Shown piece after piece: positions 57,355 to 64,000 of a stretch of DNA of 64,000 nucleotides. Below the pieces are notes generated by a model. The model searched no databases and had not been told where the DNA came from. It saw only the letters and a program-made list of their open reading frames with translations. Source of the DNA: Oceanispirochaeta sp. (GTDB lineage: Bacteria > Spirochaetota > Spirochaetia > DSM-2461); contig CAXXOA010000002.1 in assembly GCA_963666275.2 (NCBI GenBank), forward strand, positions 864,001 through 928,000. Reading direction: 5' to 3'. Position 1 is the first letter of the stretch. Each line of letters begins with the position of its first letter. The position numbers and the translations under genes were made by a program.

Positions 57355-58342
57355 AACTCCGGGTTTTTTCTTCCTTTTCATGCTGGTTCCTGTTTTTATC
57401 TATCTCCGCCATTTTGTCCTTAACGGAGGACGGTCTCTGAGGGTTTCCATCGGCCTTTGGAAGAAAGGGCTTTTCAGGGCGCCTCAGAAGGGAGTCCGGT
57501 TCTTTCTGTTTCTGGGGACTCTCCTTTTCTGGGGAGGGATCTGCTTCCTTCTGGCCGCTCTGGCCGGACCCACGGTGAGCGTCCACGAACAGGTCTATCT
57601 GAACAGAGGGGCTGATATCATTATTGTGCTGGATCAGTCTCCCAGTATGGCCGCCCGGGACTTTCCTCCCGATAACAGGCTGGACGCGGCAAAAAGCATG
57701 ATAACCAAATTTGTGTTCAACCGGAAAAACGACGGCGTCGGACTGGTGGGTTTCGGGGACGAGGCCGTTTTGAGGGTCCCTCCCACTACGGATTATGAAA
57801 CCTTTCTGAACCGTTTGAATGGCATGAAAATTATGGAGCTCGGTGAGGGGACAGCCATCGGTATGGGAATCTCCGTTGCGGCTCTCCATCTTTCCGAAAG
57901 CTCTTCGGATCAGAAAGTCATAGTTCTTCTGACCGACGGAGATAACAATTCCGGAGAAATTCAGCCCATGGCCGCCGCGGCCATGGCGGCACAGCTCAAT
58001 GTCCGGCTCTATGTGATCGGGATCGGTTCGGAAGGAGAGATCCCCTTTGAGTTTGTTCACCCCGAAACGGGGAAAATGGTAAGCGGAATACAGCGGAGCT
58101 CCTTTAACGAAGACTTCCTTGTACAGCTGGCACAGACTGGCGGGGGAAGCTTCTACAGGGCTTTCACTCCCGGTTCTCTGGAGGCGGTATTCCGTTCTAT
58201 AGACTCATTGGAAACCATAGAGGAGAGGGTCCGTATTCACGTGAGAAATATACCCGTCTACCGCTGGTTTATTTTCATAGGACTCCTCTGTATAATGGCT
58301 GACCTTATTCTGAGAAAAGTTCTGTTCCGGGAGGTTTTGTGA
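57341..58342 (+). CDS. batA: BatA-like VWA membrane protein
   Basis: LAGP, MIDAS DQSPS, PPTTD, GTAIG, LLTDG and YVIGIG. Confidence 0.88.
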   Translation: MLTFETPGFFFLFMLVPVFIYLRHFVLNGGRSLRVSIGLWKKGLFRAPQKGVRFFLFLGTLLFWGGICFLLAALAGPTVSVHEQVYLNRGADIIIVLDQSPSMAARDFPPDNRLDAAKSMITKFVFNRKNDGVGLVGFGDEAVLRVPPTTDYETFLNRLNGMKIMELGEGTAIGMGISVAALHLSESSSDQKVIVLLTDGDNNSGEIQPMAAAAMAAQLNVRLYVIGIGSEGEIPFEFVHPETGKMVSGIQRSSFNEDFLVQLAQTGGGSFYRAFTPGSLEAVFRSIDSLETIEERVRIHVRNIPVYRWFIFIGLLCIMADLILRKVLFREVL

Positions 58343-59328
58343 AAGTTCTCTATCCCGAAGTCTTCTGGCTCCTTATTCCGGTGGCTCTTCTCTCTATCCC
58401 GGCTTTTTTCAATTATCTCAGGGGAAAGCGCTCTCTCCTCCGCCTGGGAGGACTCTGGCGGAAAGACGAGAGCCAGCAGGTGTATTTTATAAAAACTCTG
58501 GCCTACTGGATTTCTATGGTTCTCTTTTTCCTTTTTGCCATCCTTGCTCTGGCGGGAATCAGCTGGGGTAAGGACAGCGAAAAGGATGACAGTCTGGGAG
58601 TTGATCTTGTCATGGCAGCTGATATCTCAAGGAGTATGCTGGCTGACGATCTCACCCCCAACCGGCTGAGCAGAGCCTCTGAAGGGATGAGTTTTATTCT
58701 CAATTCCTTTGAATCCCTCAGGACTGCTCTTGTTGTCTTCAAGGGGAAAGGAGAGATACTGGTTCCCCTGACTGAAGATTCCATTCAGATGGAAACAGCT
58801 CTTCAGAACCTTTCCCCCGGAATGTACACTGTTCCGGGATCGGACATAGAAATGGGCCTGGTTTCGGCTCTGGAGGCTTTTCCTCCCGGATCTCCCGGGA
58901 AAAAAGCCGTACTCCTTGTGAGCGACGGCGAGTCCCTGGAAGGCGAACCCAGTAAAGCGGCGAGGGAGGCCTATCTTCAGGGCATTCCCATCTTTGTCCT
59001 GGGAGTCGGAACGGAAGAGGGAATTGTTTTGAGGGACGGAGACAATGAAGTGGTCAGTGATACGAACGGTCAGGCCGTGATCACCCGTTTGAACCGGCAG
59101 GTTCTGGAGGATGTGGCTGATCTTTCGGGAGGGGGATATTACAGCCTGGCAGATCCCCGTTCTCTGGGAGAGCTGACAGCAGATCTTGAAGAATTGATCG
59201 GTTTACAGGAAGCCGAAGGAATCCTATACCGGGATCATCAGCAGTTCCGGATCTTTATACTCCTGGCTCTGTTGTCTCTAGTCCTGAATCTTGTTGCGGG
59301 AGGTATAAGATGGTCAAGATGGTTCTGA
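58339..59328 (+). CDS. batB: BatB-like VWA membrane protein
   Basis: DISRSMLADDLTPNRL, PLTED, VSDGE and GVGTEEG. Confidence 0.88.
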   Translation: MKVLYPEVFWLLIPVALLSIPAFFNYLRGKRSLLRLGGLWRKDESQQVYFIKTLAYWISMVLFFLFAILALAGISWGKDSEKDDSLGVDLVMAADISRSMLADDLTPNRLSRASEGMSFILNSFESLRTALVVFKGKGEILVPLTEDSIQMETALQNLSPGMYTVPGSDIEMGLVSALEAFPPGSPGKKAVLLVSDGESLEGEPSKAAREAYLQGIPIFVLGVGTEEGIVLRDGDNEVVSDTNGQAVITRLNRQVLEDVADLSGGGYYSLADPRSLGELTADLEELIGLQEAEGILYRDHQQFRIFILLALLSLVLNLVAGGIRWSRWF

Positions 59329-59900
59329 GGAAACTCTCTGCCGCAGGTCTGCTTGTCTTCACTTTCTGGGGTTCCTCCTGCACACTGCTGGAACCGGGAG
59401 CATCTGTTCTGAAAGGGAACTATCTTTATCAGCAGGGAAGGTATCAGGATGCTCTTCTCTCCTATCTGGAAGGACGGGATACAGAAAAATTCAGCGGTAG
59501 AATCCAGTATAATATCGGCAATGTCTACTATGCTCTGGGTGAGGGGGAAGCGGCCCTGGGTATCTGGGACAGTATAGATGAAAACAGGGACAGCGAGGTG
59601 GCCTTCAATACCATTTTCAATAAAGGGGTCCTGCACTATCAGATGGGCCGTTATCCTGAAGCCTACAGATCCTTCCGGACAGCCCTTGAGATGGTTCCCG
59701 GTAATCTGGACGCCAAACGGAATCTGGAGCTGACCATAGACCGTCTGGAAGTGGAAAACCCCACCGAAGAGAACCGGCCCGATAAGCCGACCGCCGAAGC
59801 GGGAGATGATGCCCGGCGGATCCTGCAGTACATCAAAAGAAAGGAGGGAAGCCTGTGGAAATCAGAAACATCGGAACCGGCAGATACAAACGACTGGTAG
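59310..59900 (+). CDS. BatC-like TPR lipoprotein
   Basis: GSSC lipobox-like motif, GNYLYQQGRY, YNIGNVYY and AKRNLEL. Confidence 0.85.
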   Translation: MVKMVLRKLSAAGLLVFTFWGSSCTLLEPGASVLKGNYLYQQGRYQDALLSYLEGRDTEKFSGRIQYNIGNVYYALGEGEAALGIWDSIDENRDSEVAFNTIFNKGVLHYQMGRYPEAYRSFRTALEMVPGNLDAKRNLELTIDRLEVENPTEENRPDKPTAEAGDDARRILQYIKRKEGSLWKSETSEPADTNDW

Positions 59901-61912
59901 TCTTTCTTCTGATCCTGACAGGGGCCGTCTTCAGTCTGATTTCGCAGGAACAGGTCTCCCGTCTTCTGGAAGCCGAATGGAAAGAGGGCATTTTCGAGAA
60001 TCAGAGGTTTACTCTGAAAGTGATCACTCCCTATCCGGGGAAGATGCCCGTTTCCATCATGGATCCCCAGTGGCCCGTGGGAATTCAGAAAGTCAGCGGT
60101 CCCTATACGGCCCAGAGGACGATTGAGCGGGAGGATGGTACCTTCGGTACGGTTCTGCAGGTTATCTATACTCTGCGTTCCCAGAACTCCGGTATCTTCA
60201 GGATTCCTCCCATTACGGTTCTGCCACGGGGAGGCAGCAGCGAGTATTCCGGGGACCTCCGTCCCCTTTCCACAGATGAACTCTTTATTCCGGTCCTTCA
60301 GAACGATGAGAAACATCTGAACTACCCTCTGCAGCTCACATGGGAAAGTCTGCCTGAAGAGATTTACGCAGGTCAGTCTGTACCTCTAGTTCTGATTATG
60401 AATAACCTGGAAGAGATCGATCTTCCCGAATCGGTACAGCTCTCCTCGCCGGGAGGGGCTATTCTGGAAGATGCGGAAGGCCTGGGGGATATCGGGTTTT
60501 CCGGACTGAAGGATACCACTCTGTTCAATGTCCCCATGAATTCCTGGATACTCACGCCCTCCAGAGAGGGGGCCGTGACCCTGCCGTCTGCTGTGGTTTC
60601 CATCTCCGGTGTGACAAGAAGGACAGAACGGCAGACCATAGCGGTTCAGGCTCTTCCCGAAAGAGTCCGTTCCTCAGGAGCGGTGGGACGTTTCTCGGTG
60701 AACTACACCCTGTCTGATTCCACTGTGACTCCCGGGAGCAGTCTGTCTCTGTCTATCCGGATAGAAGGAGAGGGGAATCTGAACTTCCTGAATATGCCCG
60801 AACCTGTCATTCCTGAAGGCCTCTCCTATTCGGTGAAGGAAACGCCCGGATTCTTTCCCTCCAGAGAGGGATACCAGGGAGTCCGGGAGGCGGTCTATAC
60901 CTTCCGTCCCGAGTCTCTGGAACACTATGAAATTGTGATCCCCTCCTATTCGGTTCTGGACCCCCGGTCCGGAAGAGTGGATACCATAGAGGAAGCCCGT
61001 CTGGTTTTTGATGTTTCCGGTGATATCATTGCCGGGGAGGAGTCGGGAAGAGACCGATTTTCTCTAATGGCTCTTTCTGACAGCCGGGCGGCCAGGGGAT
61101 GGACCCTTTACAGAGAGCCTCTGCTCTACCTTGCCCTCCTTCCCGGTGTGTTCTTTTTTATTCTGATGGCCGTTTTTAAAAGGTTTAAACCGGCACTGGT
61201 ACCGGCGATCTTCCTGTCTATCCTTTTTCTGTCGGCTTCGGCGGTCCAGAAAGAACCGGAGACCTGGGTGAGGGATGCGCAGGTTCTGTTTGATCAGTCC
61301 TCCTATGCGGACGCACTGGCTCTGTATGATTCCCACAGATCCGACTGGGAGGGGAATGGGACTTTCCTCTACAATGCGGGGATTCTGGAATTCCTTTCCG
61401 GCCGGAGAGCTCCGGGAATGGCAGATATGCGCAGAGCTCAGAATCTGCTTCCCATGAACAGCCGGATTCACAGGACTCTGGAGGTCATGGAAGAACTGAT
61501 GGGTCTGAAAAACCAGCATAACCAGTTTATACTGATCCATCCGGATTTTCTGTTTCTTCTTCTGATTCTTGTTTTCAACAGTGCCATGCTGGCTCTGGGA
61601 TACAGCGTCATCCAAAATAAACCTCTGCCTGTAATCCTCTTTCTTGTCTTTACACTTCTGACAATCGCAGCGGGAGGGGAGCTCGTGAGAACCGCCTGGC
61701 TGCTGGACCGGCCCCTGGCCGTGATCAATCAGGATTGTGTTGTAAAGAAAGTCCCCGAGGAGATCGGAAGCGACTGGCTCAATCTGGAGGAAGGAACCAC
61801 CGTCTCTTTTGTAAAACAGGAGGGCGATTACAGCCTTGTTATGACAGCTTTCGGTCTGGAAGGGTGGACCAGATACGACAATCTCATCTTTCTGAAGGGA
61901 GAGGAACCTTGA
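59855..61912 (+). CDS. BatD-like protein with fused C-terminal TPR + TM + SH3 (BatE-like) region
   Basis: AVGRF and IEGEGNL BatD motifs, then YNAG TPR, two TMs and EG...GW SH3-like end. Start uncertain. Confidence 0.8.
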   Translation: MEIRNIGTGRYKRLVVFLLILTGAVFSLISQEQVSRLLEAEWKEGIFENQRFTLKVITPYPGKMPVSIMDPQWPVGIQKVSGPYTAQRTIEREDGTFGTVLQVIYTLRSQNSGIFRIPPITVLPRGGSSEYSGDLRPLSTDELFIPVLQNDEKHLNYPLQLTWESLPEEIYAGQSVPLVLIMNNLEEIDLPESVQLSSPGGAILEDAEGLGDIGFSGLKDTTLFNVPMNSWILTPSREGAVTLPSAVVSISGVTRRTERQTIAVQALPERVRSSGAVGRFSVNYTLSDSTVTPGSSLSLSIRIEGEGNLNFLNMPEPVIPEGLSYSVKETPGFFPSREGYQGVREAVYTFRPESLEHYEIVIPSYSVLDPRSGRVDTIEEARLVFDVSGDIIAGEESGRDRFSLMALSDSRAARGWTLYREPLLYLALLPGVFFFILMAVFKRFKPALVPAIFLSILFLSASAVQKEPETWVRDAQVLFDQSSYADALALYDSHRSDWEGNGTFLYNAGILEFLSGRRAPGMADMRRAQNLLPMNSRIHRTLEVMEELMGLKNQHNQFILIHPDFLFLLLILVFNSAMLALGYSVIQNKPLPVILFLVFTLLTIAAGGELVRTAWLLDRPLAVINQDCVVKKVPEEIGSDWLNLEEGTTVSFVKQEGDYSLVMTAFGLEGWTRYDNLIFLKGEEP

Positions 61913-62385
61913 GTTTTAACGATATTCTCTCCCAGTGGGAAGATATGAATAAAAAAAACGGCTCCCCCCGGGAGGAGGAGCGGAAAAATGAAAGCTCCCG
62001 GAATGATTCATCCATGAACGACTGGCTGGAGCGATATCCTCCGGACCGGAAAATGAAAGACCGCAAGGAAAAGCCAGACAGGATTATAACTCACACAAGA
62101 AAAAAGCTCCTGAATAGAATGGAACCTCAGGATTCTCTGGATCTCCATGGATGGAACGGACAGGAAGCTCTGGGCGAACTGGAATCCTTCCTGAAGAGAA
62201 GCAGCAGAAAGGGACTGAAAAAAGTTATTATTGTTCATGGAAAGGGTCTGCATTCACCCGGCGGTGAATCTGTTCTCAGGCCGCTGGTAAAGCAGTACCT
62301 TCAGAAATCCCCTCTCGTCAGGGATTTTGGCCGGGCTCCCGCAAGGTCGGGAGGGAGCGGAGCAACCTGGATATTGCTCCGGTAG
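61909..62385 (+). CDS. Smr/MutS2-domain protein
   Basis: LDLHG, IVHGKGLHS and GGSGAT. TTG start at 61909 overlaps the previous stop. Confidence 0.9.
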   Translation: MSFNDILSQWEDMNKKNGSPREEERKNESSRNDSSMNDWLERYPPDRKMKDRKEKPDRIITHTRKKLLNRMEPQDSLDLHGWNGQEALGELESFLKRSSRKGLKKVIIVHGKGLHSPGGESVLRPLVKQYLQKSPLVRDFGRAPARSGGSGATWILLR

Positions 62386-62604
62386 TTATCTTTCCCTGTA
62401 GATAATGCGTCCTCTTGTGAGGTCATAGGGGGAAAGGGCGACTTTTACTTTGTCTCCCGGTACGATTCTAATGTAGTGTTTCCGCATTTTTCCTGACAGA
62501 TGTGCCAGAATCACGTGTCCGTTAGCGACTTCTACGCGGAACATTGTATTGGGAAGGGATTCTTTAACAACACCTTCCACTTCAATAGCTTCTTCTTTTG
62601 CCAA
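62386..62604 (-). CDS. infA: Translation initiation factor IF-1
   Basis: [21 protein letters not shown] and [13 protein letters not shown] start. Confidence 0.98.
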   Translation of the reverse strand: MAKEEAIEVEGVVKESLPNTMFRVEVANGHVILAHLSGKMRKHYIRIVPGDKVKVALSPYDLTRGRIIYRER

Positions 62605-62636
62605 ACAAATATCTCCTGATGTCTATAGTGATTAGC

Positions 62637-62698
62637 ATATTAGGGAATCAGAATGTATTTGTCAACTCCTTGACATTTTTCTTTAAATAATACAGATT
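62637..62698. promoter_or_regulatory. Back-to-back divergent sigma70 promoters for infA and dksA
   Basis: Minus strand TTGACA (62665-62660)-17-TAATAT. Plus strand TTGACA (62670-62675)-17-CAGATT. Confidence 0.65.
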
Positions 62699-62736
62699 AT
62701 TGCGGATATAATTTTCCTTAAAAAAAGGTTATAGCT

Positions 62737-63090
62737 ATGGAAAAAGAATTTGAAGATAAGATGAAGAATGTTCTTCTGGAGATCAAGGAGTCTGTTCTGA
62801 AGAATCTTATCTCAGAGAATGAAGACTTCAAAGCGGCGGTTGAAGATCTTGGTGTAAAAGATCTGGCCGATATTGCATCGAATGATATCGATGTAAGAAC
62901 TCTGGAAGCTGTGAGCACTCAGGACAGGAACAGACTGAACAAAGTCGAGTCTGCCCTTATCCGCCTGGAAAACGGGAAATACGGAGTCTGTGCTTCCTGC
63001 TCTAAAAAAATAGGAAAAGACCGTTTGGAAGCCATTCCCTACGCAGTTCTCTGTATCGACTGTAAAAGTGCCAGCGAAAAACGGAGATAA
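62737..63090 (+). CDS. dksA: DksA/TraR C4 zinc-finger transcription factor
   Basis: Coiled-coil tip DLADIA, YGVCASC, RLEAIP and CIDC. Confidence 0.93.
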   Translation: MEKEFEDKMKNVLLEIKESVLKNLISENEDFKAAVEDLGVKDLADIASNDIDVRTLEAVSTQDRNRLNKVESALIRLENGKYGVCASCSKKIGKDRLEAIPYAVLCIDCKSASEKRR

Positions 63091-63146
63091 TTTTCCTCAA
63101 ACTTTTTAAAAAAAACATAATAATCAAACGAATTAATAAATAGATT

Positions 63147-63179
63147 AAGCCGGAAGTTTATCGCTTCCGGTTTTTTTTT
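63147..63179 (+). terminator. Rho-independent terminator
   Basis: CCGGAAG...CTTCCGG followed by T9. Confidence 0.9.
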
Positions 63180-63202
63180 ATACGCATTTTTCTTTTTTCC
63201 AG

Positions 63203-63229
63203 TAATACCGGACCGCTTTTTTCCGATAA
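63203..63229 (+). promoter_or_regulatory. sigma28-like promoter
   Basis: TAAT-N15-TCCGATAA upstream of an AGGAGG RBS. Confidence 0.55.
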
Positions 63230-63253
63230 TTTAAATATCAGGAGGTTCCGGAC

Positions 63254-63640
63254 ATGGAAATGCGTTCTGCATCAGGGCAGATCAACATTGCACAGCTCAT
63301 GAGCATGAGAAACTCATCGGGAAGAATCAGTATTCCTGTTTCCCGGGTTCAGAGTCCCTATGCCCAGTTCAAGTACGTCCAGGGGGTTCCCGCGGCTACT
63401 CAGGGGCATGCGGTGCCATTGAACAGACTTCGTGTTCTGAACAGCCTGATCGATTCCCTTGTCTCTCTGAAGGACGGGAATGTTTCCAGGACAAATACAT
63501 CCGGCCTCTCAGACAAAGCCATTGATGCCCTGATTGATCAGTATGCCGGCAAGCTTCATACCGCTATCTCATCACAGGCCGGCCCCTATACCGCAGGGAC
63601 ACCCTATACCACAGGTTCGTTAGTCAATGTGACCGCCTGA
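63254..63640 (+). CDS. Hypothetical protein ending in GSLVNVTA
   Basis: Strong AGGAGG RBS, 128 aa, soluble. Confidence 0.8.
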   Translation: MEMRSASGQINIAQLMSMRNSSGRISIPVSRVQSPYAQFKYVQGVPAATQGHAVPLNRLRVLNSLIDSLVSLKDGNVSRTNTSGLSDKAIDALIDQYAGKLHTAISSQAGPYTAGTPYTTGSLVNVTA

Positions 63641-63644
63641 TTCC

Positions 63645-64000
63645 ATGTTAACCCTGATATTCATCATTGTAACAGCTCTTTTTTTCTATGGCCTCCTTCC
63701 AGTTCTGGGGGCTTTTGTCGTGCGTTCCCACTGGAGAGGTGTCAGAAAGAATCTTCATGCCTCTCTGTTCTACCCCATGACACTTCATACTCCCTCCGAG
63801 CAGGAAGCTTCGTTGGGGCCCTTCAGAGTTCTCGGAGAACTGGAAGCGATAGAAGGGAATGATACTCTCTGGCTTAAAACCCGTGAGAACCGGTCTATTA
63901 CTGTAGATATGCGGGACAGTCATGTCTATTTTATGCCTGCCTTTGCCGGGAAGGAAAAATTCTATCCCCACCTGAATCCCGTGCCCTTTCCTTCCGAATC
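63645..64000 (+). CDS. Membrane-anchored hypothetical protein, N-terminal part (runs off window end)
   Basis: Not in the ORF track. ATG 4 nt after the previous stop, open to the window end: MLTLIFIIVTALFFYGLLPVLGAFVVRSHWR...GELEAIEGNDTLWL. Confidence 0.8.
   Translation, partial: MLTLIFIIVTALFFYGLLPVLGAFVVRSHWRGVRKNLHASLFYPMTLHTPSEQEASLGPFRVLGELEAIEGNDTLWLKTRENRSITVDMRDSHVYFMPAFAGKEKFYPHLNPVPFPSE

Noticed and set aside
63648..63971. 107-aa minus-strand ORF, also considered as tmRNA or RNase P RNA
   Set aside because: The plus strand has a better open frame from 63645 with a TM segment. No tmRNA or rnpB signature sequences were found.
1..64000. CRISPR arrays, tRNA/rRNA genes, IS elements, integrases
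   Set aside because: I saw no spaced repeat arrays, cloverleaf or rRNA signatures, or transposase/recombinase motifs. Short elements could be missed by eye.

Overview
A 64-kb chromosomal window from a free-living spirochete, most likely Spirochaetaceae. The evidence is a class I LysRS, the moxR/Bat-infA-dksA gene block and FxxGxxE-type export signals. It holds about 55 genes; I found no rRNA, tRNA, CRISPR array, prophage or transposase. Left part: a partial response regulator, a tandem 7TM histidine kinase and catalytically dead paralogue, an OmpR-family two-component system divergent from a three-gene membrane redox module, and a LacI-controlled polyol operon (xylitol-type dehydrogenase, ABC transporter, xylB, L-sorbose-reductase-like SDR). 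Middle: a split ArsP-like permease, modABC behind a sigma54 promoter, a DtxR regulator, a large peptidase-propeller-barrel envelope protein, cidA/lrgB, and a sigma54 promoter plus unannotated 52-aa ORF in front of an SBP-kinase-enhancer-binding-protein trio. Right part: slyD, a PAS-GGDEF-EAL protein, avtA, rlpA, lysS, an ErcA/ErcS-like pair, era, clpP, an M29 aminopeptidase with a structured leader, rmuC, an XRE-2TM regulator, cobQ, argJ, the Bat operon, an Smr protein, infA and dksA. The best leads are the enhancer/sigma54/microprotein unit at 28.0-32.8 kb, the His-repeat/flavodoxin-like/NOX-like module at 5.9-8.3 kb, the kinase-pseudokinase pair, and sigma54 control of modABC. All family assignments come from motif recognition and recall, not database searches.
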